Shown here in pieces: positions 33,000-45,187 of a stretch of 64,000 nucleotides of DNA (the stretch's first letter is position 1; each line of letters opens with the position of its first letter). The notes beneath the pieces are model-generated. The model ran no database searches. It saw only the letters and a program-made list of their open reading frames with translations, and had not been told where the DNA came from. Source of the stretch: Selaginella moellendorffii (lineage: Eukaryota; Plantae; Lycopodiophyta). Made by a program: the position numbers and the translations under genes. The stretch spans positions 1,304,165-1,368,164 of the forward strand of contig NW_003314263.1 in the NCBI RefSeq assembly GCF_000143415.4, in the 5' to 3' direction.

Positions 33000-35515
33000 G
33001 GGGGGGGGGGGGGGGGGGGGGCATTCAAAATGTATAATAAAGATAATAAAGATAATGGTTGAAAGCATGGTTGACCACTTGAAATATTAGTTTATTTCCT
33101 ATTAGGCTATATCACTCTTTATTTTGCATCTGACTTTAAATATAGGGAGTAAGTGTTTGTAGAGGATTTTTAAGTTTATACTAGACCCTTATTTTGTAGC
33201 ATGGAATTCAATTCTAAATTTAAGTGTGCTATATTTAATATAAGAGAAAATGTCTCAGCGATTTTTATCTAAATTTTGTCAGAACTTTTTGACTTTAGTT
33301 GTATACATAGAGACTTTCCTAATAGATTCAAAGTGACATATGTAAAATTAATTGGATTGAACCATTCAATAAGAATATTGTATATATGCCTTTATTGATA
33401 CAAGCATATATGTAATTAGTGAGATGGCAAAACGAAACCATGCTAAGAAATTTGAAACCTCTAGGCGAGCAAATAAAAAGGAGGAAGCTCTTGGTGGAGA
33501 TGCTGTAAAAGATGTTAAGGTTGAGTCTAAAGAGAAATAGCTTAGGTCAAAATTTACACCATAGCATATGACTAAAAATATTAGATTGAAAATGTGCAAA
33601 AGTAAATTCATAAATTAAAGAAGGAAAACAAAAAGAAGCCACTAAAAAAGCTAAACCTACCTCATCAAGTTTTAAGGATCCTCAATTATATGAGTTTTAA
33701 AGTTTAAGGCCCCAAAACAAAGGCATGCAAAACTATTAGGTTTTGGAATATTGGATATACAATATGAAAAATTATTTCATAGAAGCAGCTATAGATAATC
33801 ATATAAAAGTTACAAGTGTGTAATCCTTTTTCACCAATTATGCTAAAACTTAGTGGTGTTAGATATACACTAAAAAAAGGTAGATTAAAAGTTAGATGAA
33901 GATATGATCTTATAACTGCAAGGAATACTTACCAGATAATCTTGGTCTTAGACTTTGCATAGAGCCGCAATGGTTAAAACAATGTGGGGACATTTTACAC
34001 TATATTAATGCATTTGCTCAGAAATGTATTATCATTGCAAATATAAGTGATGAAGATGTTTGGAGTTATTTCTTAAAAGGTTTAAGTTCACTTTCTTAAA
34101 CCAAAGATATTTTTGGAATGCAAAGAAGTAGCACAATAAGTTGCATTTAATCACTCACTCATGGAATAGTATTAATAGACATATATTGTGGATAAGAATT
34201 AAAACTTTTAAAATAAACAAGGTGAACAAAAACACAAAGTGGAAGGAAAGTTCTATTTCAAAGGTTCACAAACAATAATTAATAAGAGTGATAGTTGGCA
34301 ACCACCATTATTTTCTTATGATCTTAAGCCTTCTATTTCTCCTTTTGATGGGCTCAAGTAACAACAACTTACAAAGTATACTCTTAATATGTGTCATTGT
34401 TTCAATTATAAAGATGTAAGACATAAATCCTTAGAATTTTACAAGTATATTACAAAAATCCTTTTAGGTTGAAGTGATGAATGTTGAGAGTGATGGTGAT
34501 AAAATTTGGATAAGTGATGGGGTTAATCCTATACCAAGTAAAATTATAGAGTTAATGACGAGGAATCAAAATATCTTCCCACACATATAAGCTCTATACC
34601 GCGTGAACATCAAGGAGATGGCTAAACTCAAGAAGCAACTTATGGAACTTCTTAACAAAGGTTATATTTAACTAAGCAAATTGCCTTGTAGAGACTAGTC
34701 ATTTTTGTTATGAAAAAGTATGGTATTATGAGGGTGTATATCAATTATTAAGCTTTCAATAAGATCATAGTAAAAACTAGTTATCCATTACCTCACATTA
34801 ATGACTTGTTCGACTAACTCTTAAATGCCAAATATTTCACATAATTTGGGTATTATCAGATATGGATGGTAGATTGAGATGTGGAAAAGACAATATTTAA
34901 GGCTTGTTATGGATCCAATGAGTTATTGATTATGCCATTCAAGCTATATAATACTATGGCTACTTTTAGTATGATGATGGATAAAATATTTAGAGATTAT
35001 TTAGACACATTTGTTATTCTATATATTGACAATATCATAATCTTTAGTTGAATGTTAGAGGATTATTTGAAACACTTAGAGTTAATGTTTTAAAAGGTAC
35101 AAGAAAACAAATTATAAAGGAGTGTAAGTGCATTTTTTATAAATTGCATATGAACTTTTTTAGGCATATGGTTAGTGGTGGTGTAATTGAAATGGATCCA
35201 AAGAAAGTAAAAGTGATGAAATCTTAGGAAGTTTCAATCACTATATCAAATATTTATTCTTTTTGTAGCTTAGTAAGATACTATTGCAATTTGTTTTGCA
35301 ATTTTGCAAGTATTGCCCTTATGTTGATTGAGTTAACGAAGGTAATATACCATTTCATTAGACACTAGCTTGCTAGCATGCTTTTGTAAAGTGAAAGACA
35401 ATGATTATTATTCTTAGGATTTTATATTTTGATAAACCCTTTGAATTTCATTGTGATACATTTAGTTATATTGTTGCAACAAGATTATGGTAAAGTATTT
35501 GGTGTTATATTGAAA
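33000..35515 (+). mobile_element. Highly degenerate Ty3/Gypsy retrotransposon relic (LTR-like, gag-like, RT)
   Basis: About 34590-35060 translates as LYRVNIKEMAKLKKQLMELLNKGYI..VIFVMKK.G..R..INY.AFNKIIVKTSYPLPHINDLFD..FVILYIDNIIIFS (Gypsy RT, YxDD decayed), with many stops. Confidence 0.8.
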
Positions 35516-35519
35516 CGAC

Positions 35520-35786
35520 ATGGACAAGAGAGTGAGCTTTTCGTCGCAGCAAAACCAGGAGCCGTGTTTCAAGAAGATGGAGAAGATGCTGAGACTTGGA
35601 TTGTGGTGCGTCCAGAGTGATCCCGGCCAGAGACCATCGATGGAATATGTCACGAAAATGCTGGCGGGATCCTTGGAAACAGTGGACGCTCCTCCAATCC
35701 CTCACAAAACTCGCGCTGGGAAGGAGGACGTGAAATCGTGTTCTTTGAGTGGCATTGTGAGAGTTCATGTAGATCACCGGCCGTAA
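35520..35786 (+). pseudogene. C-terminal remnant of a third RLK-A copy, truncated by the Gypsy relic
   Basis: MDKRVSFSS..CFKKMEKMLRLGLWCVQSDPGQRPSM..VHVDHRP, homologous to the RLK-A1 C-terminus. Confidence 0.9.
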
Positions 35787-35909
35787 TTCAAATAAGGACG
35801 CGCGCGCCACATGATCGACCGCTAGGATTATTTTCTGAGATAGACGGCTGCGATAGACGGGTGAATTTTATTTGGAGACATTAGGGCTTTTGTTAGGGGT
35901 TGGGCGACG

Positions 35910-38057
35910 ATGGAGGTGTGGCAGTCGCTTTGGGAGGCGCAATTGGGGGATGCTGTGGTTTTTGGAGTTCGATTTGGAGGTATGAGCACAGATCTGTGTT
36001 TCTGGCGATTAGATTTAGTCATGGTACTTGTTTTTCAGCTATGATTCGCAATGGCTGTCTTTGAACAGGACATTTGATCGTCGAAGTCGTACTTGCTGTG
36101 GTGATCGTATTCCTTCTTTTCCAAAAGAGCTATCAGCCGGCAAGCAGGCCATTGTCGGAGAAAGTAAGAGAAGAAGGCTTGATTTTTTATTTTTTATTTT
36201 TCTACGGTACTAATGTTTTGGTGAAGGAAATCGACCAACTTGTGGAAGAATGGACTCCAGAGCCTTTGCATCCGCCAGTTACCAAAGAGATGACACCGCC
36301 ATATCCGGTTCTAGAGAGGTACTCATCTTCGCAAAACTAGAATTTTTTTTTCTGTGTCTTTCTTCTTCTTTATACACGATTTGCCGAATGGAACCAAACT
36401 AAATGCCTTCATGGTTCAGTGCAGCAGGTCCAACTGTGCAAATAAATGGCAGGAAAGTTATAAATCTCTCCACAGCCAACTATCTGGGATTCGTTGGCGA
36501 TGAAAGGATCAAGGTATGGCAAAATGAGAAAGCAAAAGTGTATTATGTTTACTTCTGTTTTCACTGTGTGACTTGTAGGAATCCTGCAACGCTACTTTGC
36601 TGAAGTATGGCGTTGGAGCATGCGGTCCGCGTGGTTTTTATGGCACCATTGGTCAGTGTGAAATTTACCTTGCTCTATATGTCCAAGGTTGCTTATTATG
36701 TTTGTGTTTTTGTGTAGATGTGCACCTAGACTTGGAGACAAAAATTTCCAGTTTCTTAGGAACGTCCGAGTCAATTCTTTACTCCTATGGCCTCGCAACT
36801 GCTGCGAGTTGTATTCCTGCGTTTTGCAAGCGCGGGGATATAATTATAGCGTAAGTGGTCCATGTCGTGGGATGCTTTTCTCTAAAGTTTTCTGTGGTGC
36901 AGTGACGACGGTGTGAGCTGGGGGATCCAGAATGGCCTGCATCTTTCTCGAAGCACCATCAAGTATTTCAGACACAATGATATGGGGTCCCTGGAAACCC
37001 GTTTGAAAGAAGTTCGAAAAGAAGACGAGCGAAAGAAGAAGCCCTTGAATCGTCGTTTCATCGTTGTGGAGGCTATTTACCAAGTAAGGTTTTTGGTTCG
37101 TGTCGGATGATTTTGCGATAATTTGCTCTACAGAACTCGGGTAAAGTGGCACCGTTGGGCGAGATTGTACGCCTGAAGGAGAAGTATCTCTTCCGGTTAC
37201 TCGTTGATGAAAGTAACTCTATTGGAGTGCTTGGAAAATCAGGACGAGGCATTTCTGAGCATTTCAACATTCCGGTATGCTTTTCCTCGGCGGACTTTGA
37301 TTGTGCTTACCAGTCAGTCGTCTCTCCCAGATTGAAAAGATCGATATTATAACAGCTGCGATGGGCACGGCATTCGCTTCGGCCGGGGGATTCTGTACTG
37401 GCAGTGCAAAAGTTGTCGATCATCAGGTATCTTTATGTTTTTGCTTCTATTAATGCGGACAACCGAAACATGACAAACAGCGCCTTAGCGGAGCAGGGTA
37501 CTGCTTCTCGGCGTCATTACCACCGTTCCTCGCGACCGCGTCCATTTCAGCCATAGAGCTGCTCGAGGACGATCCAAGTGTCCTCGCCAGACTACATAAC
37601 AACATCGCTCTTTTCCACAAGTGTAAGCCTCTGTAGCTCTTCTTTCCACAAGGATCTTACTGATCTTACTGTCCACGATTTTCTTCTTGACAGGCTTGTC
37701 GGACGTCTCCGGCATAAGGATAGGCAGCGACACACGCTCCCCGGTTGTTCTTCTCCACTTGAGACCCTCGCTAGGATCGTTTCACGCGGACGCTGCCTAT
37801 TTACAAGCCATCGTGGACGAGGTATAGAAATCTTTTTCTTCGTTCCCTTTCCTTGCTTGAGGAGCTAAGCTAAACCATCTCCTCTTGTGTAGATGTTAGA
37901 GCACTCGGTCCTTATGTCCGTCCAGAAACGCACTGCTTTGGATAACTGCGCGCTCCCTGCTGGTATCCGAGTGTGCATCTCGGCTGGGCACACCGAGTCG
38001 GATATAATTTCTGCGACTGCGGTATTGAAGAAAGTTATGACCTCAAAGAAACAATAA
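35910..38057 (+). CDS. LCB1: Serine palmitoyltransferase subunit LCB1 (multi-exon)
   Basis: [115 protein letters not shown] introns; TAA at 38055-38057. Confidence 0.95.
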
Positions 38058-38409
38058 TCAAATAACCAACTGACATGGTAAACTTTGCAAGTATCACTGC
38101 AAAAGCCAAAATTTGTATTGACTATCTAGTCAATGTGGTCAGCAGACGTTTGCTTTGTCGCAACGCCATTTTGCGAGACATCTCTAAATGGGCAAGAAAA
38201 CACGAAGGCATAAAGAACTTGAATAAAACAATTTCCCGTTAACCAAAATTCACTTGTAGCTTGAAGCCGCACTCCAGGAGTTCTTCAAAGTGAATTCTCG
38301 TCCGCTATGTAGAAACTAAAGCAAAAGTATTTTCTCAAACATGGAGACGGCAATTTGGCAAATGGTTCCGCAGATGGTCAACAGCAGAAACTTGATTTAC
38401 AGCCCAAGC

Positions 38410-41065
38410 GGAACGGTTCTTTAGTCACGGTCTCCAGACGCTCAAGATTTCTCCCAGTGGGGAGCTCACTGGACAATGGGAGTTTATTCTCAATCCAAGC
38501 TTCAAGGAGAAAACCTTGCCTGCGACTAAGGAAAAATGTAACATCTCTTTTCGCCATCAAAATGGTAAGACGAAGCTCAACTCGGCAATCTCATTTTATC
38601 TAAGATGAATCGTGGATGAATCACTTCAGTCTAAAACAGAAGAATAGAAAGATCCTGTCATGGGAAGGGGTCCATCCTGTTATGGATGGGATTCCGACCA
38701 CTCGACGGGACCTCGTCTGGCCGGGCAGCGAGGGATTCATCCAGAGAATCCGGGGACGAAGATGGAGCTGGATGCCCGTTCCTGATCATCGTTTTCTGGC
38801 AAGATGCGGTGGCGAAAAGGGAACCCACGCTTTCCGGAGCCGGAGACGAGGCGATTTGCATCGCGTAGTCCCCGCACGCCTTTGCGATGCTGCCGTGGTA
38901 CTGCTTTCGCTTGGAACTTCTCTTGTGCTCAAGGTAAGCGATGATAGAGCCTCTCCCCTGATTTAAGATCGACAAGCTCGCCGGCTTGAAACAGCTTTCT
39001 GGGCACTCCTGGCTCCTGCAAAGTCGTAATAAACAAGCAAAGCCATTGCTGGTTCGAAGAGAGAAAAGAGAGAAATCATTGAAAGACTTGCCTTGGGACC
39101 AAGTTGAGAGACGCACCAGCGGTGGAAGCGGTCGCAATGGAAGCGCCCAGAAGCAACATTTAGACGATACTGACAGTCGCGACCATTCTTTCTCCAGCCA
39201 TGATCATCAGAAAGCGCATGAGAAGAAAAGAGCAGTCGCTCTAATTTGAAGGTCACAGTTAATATTCAAGCGCAAACTCGTGAACTCGTGTGAGCTGGAC
39301 AGAGCTTTTAGGGTTTGGAGGGTTAGGGCTCCCAAAAGTTGACAATGCTCAACGAATATCTGTGATTTTCTCCAAGCTATTTCAGTTTGTATTTCAGAAA
39401 AGCAGTAAGATCCTTTTATAGGTCCTCCGTTGCCGATAAAAGAATCTATAAACGAAGCTGAGAGGTATTTTTTTCTCCATGTTGGCATAGTAGAGCCTCC
39501 TGCAGGATTTCAACCCAAGGTACAAGTATCAAATACCTTTAAGGATCTCCATTGGTCTCCAAATGTTCGCAGAGATGCCATATCTCAGAGCAGCATGCCT
39601 TGAAGTCCAATGTTTTCGTCCTCGTCTCTTTCACATGATCTTTGATCATGCGCGGCTCCAACCGGACATTAATTAGAATACCAGAAAATCTTCCTCTTCC
39701 ACCGCTCTGCACTCGACTCTGGCTGGTGTTCTAGTAGAATTATTGTTGCTTTGATGTCTTCCCAACGCGCAGCGTTTGCAGGCGCTGCACGCCAAGCTCC
39801 ACAGCAAGTGCTTCCTGGTAATGTATGAAGAGTGCGAGACGAGGCCACGCGATTCTTGGATCGTCGGTATCTCGGCTGATCTCCAGTTTTGGGGAATGGC
39901 TCTCGATGAGTCAACGCCTTTCTGGACAGGGGATCGGTTCGTGCTTGCGGTTTCCAACACTGCAACCAAGCACATCCTTTACTATGATATTTTGTTATGT
40001 ATCTGGATGCGCCCGTTGGACTCTCACGAATGCCACTGCAGCTTTCCAGTGTCGAAGCTGCCATTCTATGGCGTAACCTACTGTCCACCAGTATTGGCTC
40101 TCGCAGGATGCCTCAGGACAGATAGGAGACTCCATAGCTGGGAACAACGATCCTGATCTGCATGAGGGCTCGAAGGGCGCGGTCTTCAGTTGCGAGAACA
40201 GGTATGCGGTGTTTTTGTCCCTGGGGATAAGGTCGTGGTGTGCACCCTCGATTGGGAGGGGACGGAGCAGTGGATGCCCGGGTCTTCGTGGGAGCTTGGG
40301 GAAGTGTCGGATCCAAAGTCCGAGTTTTTGTTTTGCAGCAACGAGGAGGACAAGATATGGGTGATTTGCTGCGGGAAGCCGCTGATGCTCGAGTTTGACG
40401 TGACGACGTGCTTGTGGACGGACTTGAGTGGCTGCTTTGGTAGTCATAAGCGATTCGAAAGAGCAACGTTTGTCACAATATAGAAAGAATGCCACCTTGG
40501 GGCTAAGAGCTGTTCAAGCTTCAAAGAGGAAAACATGCCTGCGACATAAGTGCTCCTGTCCAGAGTTGAAGAATAAGAAACTCCATGCAGTATGTGTTCT
40601 CTGGCGAAAAATGTACTTCCTTCCTTGCCGATGATATCTATCAAAATGGTAAGACGCCCCATCCTGCCAAACTTTGAACAGAAGGATACAAAGATCCTGT
40701 CATGGGAAACTTGTCTTGTCCATCCTGTTATGGAGGGGATTGGGACCAATCGGTACATCCCTCTCCGGCTCAGCCTTGGTCATCTCATTGCCACCACGAT
40801 TGACCGCGAGCCTGTGTCGAAACTTGAAACAACGATTCCTGGGCAGCGAGAGATTTCTCCAGAGAATCCGGGGACGAACATGGAGCTGGATGCGCGTTCT
40901 TGATCATCGCTTTCTGGCAGGCGAAAGACGGTCGCGAAGAGGGATCGAAGCTTTGTGGAGCCGGAGGAGACGAGGCGATTTGCCTCGCGTAGTCCTCCCA
41001 CGTTTGCGATGCTGCCGTACTTCTTTGGGTGGGAAGCGCCGCTTGGAACTTCTCTTGTGCTCACA
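38410..41065 (+). pseudogene. Mosaic of duplicated gene debris: two copies of an RLK-B ectodomain fragment fused to an unknown segment, flanking a broken F-box-associated/kelch-like ORF
   Basis: 38420-38526 and 40514-40595 match RLK-B at ~42175-42395. 38555-38935 is a diverged duplicate of 40640-41065. 39776-40483 is a frameshifted Trp/Cys-rich ORF whose identity is tentative. Confidence 0.5.
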
Positions 41066-41416
41066 GGAAAGACTCGATTTTGTTCTCCTGAGATGAAATT
41101 ACCATCTTTGACAGTAGAATTGACTAAGCACACACTATAGTCAACCATGGTCAACTTAGACATTTTAAAAGACAGCTGGCTGACCTTGAAAACATCAAGA
41201 ATAAAGAAAGAAAGAAAGAAAGAAAACAAATATTGCACATAAGAGACTCAGCTATTAGCATAGTTCCTCACGAGATCACCAGGACGAACGAACTCCCTTG
41301 AAATGCACGTAACGAAAAAAGAATGGTCCTTGGAAAATCCCTCCGTCCGTCTCGTAAGAATCATCAAACGCGAAGAAAAGGGGAGATCTGCAAAGCTTCC
41401 GCCATTTCCATCAGCG

Positions 41417-43951
41417 ATGCCCGACCACTGTTCCAAGTTCTTCTTCTTCGCCATCGGCCTCCAGCTGGTAACCATCCCTCTCCTCGTCTCCTCACAGTCT
41501 TCGGTCGAGGCGGGCTACAGCTTGGAACTCAGTAGGCCCATCACTCGCAACGTCCTGGAACTACAAAAAGATGGCGAGATCCAAGCAGCGTTTGGCTTTA
41601 CCTCGCGTTCCATGACCTGGGCTGTCTTGTATTCTCTGTCCGCCTACTTGGTAGCCCAGCCAAACGACGAGAAAGCGCAGGTCATAACGCCTGCAACAGT
41701 GGTGTGGAGAGCTACAGAGAAACTAGTTCATCAAGGTGCGTACCTTAACTTCACCGAAGATGGAAACTTGGAATTGAGTGATCGCGATGGAAGCTTGGTG
41801 TGGTGCACGGGAACGGCTGGCTCTGGAGCACAGATCCTCGCGCTGGAAGCTCCTGGGAATCTCGTCCTTCGCACCCGGAATGGGACTTTGGTGTGGCAGA
41901 GCTTCGATCATCCCACGGACGCCTTGTTCCCTCAGCAGCAGTTGAAACCAGGAATGAAATTAGTCGCGAGTGTCTCAAGCGAGAACACGCAGGAAGGATA
42001 CTTCTCCCTCGAGGTCGATCGGTTCTCGGTAGTCTTGTACTCGGCTAGTCCCGTGTATGGAGAGCTTTGGAGCTCCGGATCCAGCAAGGTCGAGATATCC
42101 CACGTCCTTCTCTCCGCAAGCAGCCTAAAGATTTACGGCCAAAACGGCACAGTTCTTTGGTCCTCCCAAGCGTTTAGTCCAGTCACGGATGCCACAGGGT
42201 TCCAGCTGCTTAAGATTTATCCCAAGGGGGAGCTTCGTCTTCTCACTGGACAATCAAGGACGAAGGAAATGATTATTCTCAATCCAAGTTTCAAGGAGAA
42301 AAGCTTGCCTCCGACGTGTGGTACAAACTGGCTTCCCAAAAACACCGGGTGCTCCTGTCCAGAGTTGAAGAATGGAAACAACTCCATGCAGTATGTTTCC
42401 TCCGGCGACAAGGGAAGATGTAAGATCGACAAAGAACCTGCAGAATGCAGTGGTGGCTTAGAATATGATCCATCAGAATACCAGATGCTGGAAGCCAAAG
42501 ACTTCTACTACTACGCACCAGCGAATCTTTCGAGCGGTGGAATCCACAACATCACTCGAGAGGCTTGCAAGACCCTGTGCATCAACAACTGTACATGTAA
42601 GGCGTCATTGAGTCACGGAGACACGAGTACCTGTTTCCAAATGGCAGACATAGATACGCTCTACAGAACACCGAACGCAGCCAACTCGAGCTTTATGGTG
42701 GCCTTCAAATCGCACTCTCATTCCAAAGTGGCTCTCGGAACTTTTAATGGCTTTCGAAAGGCTCCAAGTAGGAGAATCAGGCCAGTGATCGTCGTGGCGG
42801 CAGTCGTTCTACCAGCCATTATAATCGTTACTTTTGCGGTCGTGATCTGGAGAAGGATACTCCACTCGTACCTGGATGAATTCCGCCAGTCATTCCCTTC
42901 TGGTGCTGTAGAAGTGCCTCGGGTTTTCACGTATCCGGAGCTGCACGAAGCAACAAAAGGTTTCAGTAAGAAAATAGGAAGCGGAGGATTCGGCTCGGTG
43001 TACGAGGGGGTTCTTCCGGACGGATCAAGAGTCGCGGTTAAGCGTCTAGAAAACTCAAACCAAGGACGCAGGCAATTCAAAGTGGAAGTGAAAGTCATAG
43101 GGAGCATCCACCACAAGAACCTGGTACGACTCAAAGGCTTTTGCTCTCAGAGACCCTGCTACTTCCTGGTCTACGAATACATCGCGAATGGATCGCTAGA
43201 CAGATGGATTTTCAAAGCAAAGGCAGCAGCAGCAGCACTGGACTGGGACACAAGGTTCCGGGTAGTGGAAGACATCGCGAGAGGCCTGGCCTATCTCCAC
43301 GAGGAGTGCAGCACCAAAGTCCTCCACTTGGACATCAAGCCGCAAAACATCCTCCTGGACGAGAGCTTTGGGGTGAAGATCGCAGACTTTGGACTCTCGA
43401 GGATGGTGGAACAGGGAGAGATGAGCACCGTCATGACCATGATCCGAGGAACACCCGGATACATGGCCCCGGAGTGGCTCCAGCTGAGAGTGAGCGACAA
43501 ACTGGACGTCTACAGCTTTGGAATCGTTGCTCTGGAGGTAGCAACGGGGCTGCAAGCGCTCCACACTTGCGTCTCTTGCGAGACTAGCCCAAGGTTTCTA
43601 GCGGCATGGGGATACATGAAGCTACGAGCGGGAGAGATGGTGGAGATGGTGGATGCAAAGCTACGAAAGGAAATCTACGAGAGTACCTCGAGAAGGAGCC
43701 AGGCCGAGCGGCTGCTCAAGATTGGAATGTGGTGCATCCAGCCGGATCCAAGGCAGCGGCCTCGCATGGTGGAAGTGGTGAAAATGCTGGAAGGAGCGAC
43801 GCCAGTGATGGATCCGCCAGTGCCACCGCCGGACCAGGCCTGCAAGAAAGGAACATCAGACACGAGCTTGCCGCTAAACATCCTCATGGATATGATAAAC
43901 CAGGGCGCGAGGAAGCCGAAGGAGGCGAGAGGATGCATTCCTCGTCTGTAG
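41417..43951 (+). CDS. G-type lectin receptor-like kinase, non-RD, intronless (RLK-B1)
   Basis: Signal peptide MPDHCSKFFFFAIGLQLV.., B-lectin, PAN (CKTLCINNCTCKA), TM helix, kinase with HLDIKPQN. Confidence 0.95.
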   Translation: MPDHCSKFFFFAIGLQLVTIPLLVSSQSSVEAGYSLELSRPITRNVLELQKDGEIQAAFGFTSRSMTWAVLYSLSAYLVAQPNDEKAQVITPATVVWRATEKLVHQGAYLNFTEDGNLELSDRDGSLVWCTGTAGSGAQILALEAPGNLVLRTRNGTLVWQSFDHPTDALFPQQQLKPGMKLVASVSSENTQEGYFSLEVDRFSVVLYSASPVYGELWSSGSSKVEISHVLLSASSLKIYGQNGTVLWSSQAFSPVTDATGFQLLKIYPKGELRLLTGQSRTKEMIILNPSFKEKSLPPTCGTNWLPKNTGCSCPELKNGNNSMQYVSSGDKGRCKIDKEPAECSGGLEYDPSEYQMLEAKDFYYYAPANLSSGGIHNITREACKTLCINNCTCKASLSHGDTSTCFQMADIDTLYRTPNAANSSFMVAFKSHSHSKVALGTFNGFRKAPSRRIRPVIVVAAVVLPAIIIVTFAVVIWRRILHSYLDEFRQSFPSGAVEVPRVFTYPELHEATKGFSKKIGSGGFGSVYEGVLPDGSRVAVKRLENSNQGRRQFKVEVKVIGSIHHKNLVRLKGFCSQRPCYFLVYEYIANGSLDRWIFKAKAAAAALDWDTRFRVVEDIARGLAYLHEECSTKVLHLDIKPQNILLDESFGVKIADFGLSRMVEQGEMSTVMTMIRGTPGYMAPEWLQLRVSDKLDVYSFGIVALEVATGLQALHTCVSCETSPRFLAAWGYMKLRAGEMVEMVDAKLRKEIYESTSRRSQAERLLKIGMWCIQPDPRQRPRMVEVVKMLEGATPVMDPPVPPPDQACKKGTSDTSLPLNILMDMINQGARKPKEARGCIPRL

Positions 43952-44084
43952 AGATCCAGGCATAGATCATTCACCTCGCGATGCGATCGCGCCTCTTCCA
44001 CGAGCGATGGCCGATCCGGGCGCTCTACCACAGGCGACTAAAACCCTAGATCAGTAACAACCATCTCAAAGAAAGAATCCTAAC

Positions 44085-44655
44085 CGTCGATCATATGGCG
44101 CGCTTTCTTATTTGAACTACAACCGTTGATCTACATGAACTCACTCAAAGAACACGATCTCACGTCGATGGCCTCACGATCTCACGTCGATGGCCTCCTC
44201 CTTCCCGACGGCGCGAGATTTGGGAAGGATTGGAGGAGCGTCCACTGTTTCTAGCGATCCCTCCAGCATTTTCGAGAGATATCCCATCGATGGTCTCTGG
44301 GCGGGATCACTCCGGACACACCACAATCCAATTCCAAGCAGCTTTTCCATCTTCTCGAAACACAGGTCCTGGTTTTGCTGCGAAGAAAAGCTCATCCTCT
44401 TGTCCATGATCTACTACTGCAGCCAGGAGCTTCGATCCGCAAGGAGAGCAAGCGGGCATGCCAGTGACCATCTCGAGCACCACCACTCCAAAGCTGTAGG
44501 TGTCAAGCTGGTCGCTCATCTGGAACTGGAGCCACTCCGGAGCCATGTATCCTGGATGATCATCTTGTCCACAGCTTGAAGCTCGCCTTGCCACGAGAGC
44601 CCAAAGTCGAAGATCTCCACTCGAAAGTTCTCATCCAGGAGTAATATTATGGGGC
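44085..44655 (-). pseudogene. Inverted fragment of an RLK-A kinase C-lobe
   Basis: PGYMAPEWLQFQMSDQLDTYSFGVVVLEMVTG and MDKRMSFSSQQNQDLCFEKMEK, with deletions and a 22-bp tandem duplication at ~44152-44195. Confidence 0.9.
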
Positions 44656-45187
44656 TTTTTTGGCGCAGATGAGTACCTCTCTAGGCGTGTCATCTCCTTG
44701 GTAAGTGGCAGATGCAAAGGCTAGGTTGTCCATTCTTCCACTTGGTTGATCTCCCTTCAACGCAACTATTGGAGATATATGCTCTCATGTCATAAGAGGT
44801 CTATAGATGCCATTTTATTAATCCACGTAGAGTTATAACTCTTATAATATTTTCCATAAATTTTGAGGGCTAAGGTCCTGAGACGTCAGGTGATTTTTAC
44901 AGAGAAATGACAGCATTCTTCAAACTTTATGAAATTATAGTAAAATCTAAACTGTGTATGTGGCTTGGCAAAATTTAGGGCACTTTAAAAATGCTTTTGG
45001 CGCCCTTTAGGGCTTATACTCTCGCGGTCAGACTCTCGGGGACAACGTTACAGCCTCGAGAAGAACGAAACCATTCTTGTCCTCCTGAGACCACGATGCG
45101 CTAGAGCCGATCGATTTCACGCTACCTTACAACCCATCCCTTGCAATCACCTCTTTCCCAGGCTTGCTCGTTGTCTTCAAGCACCTA

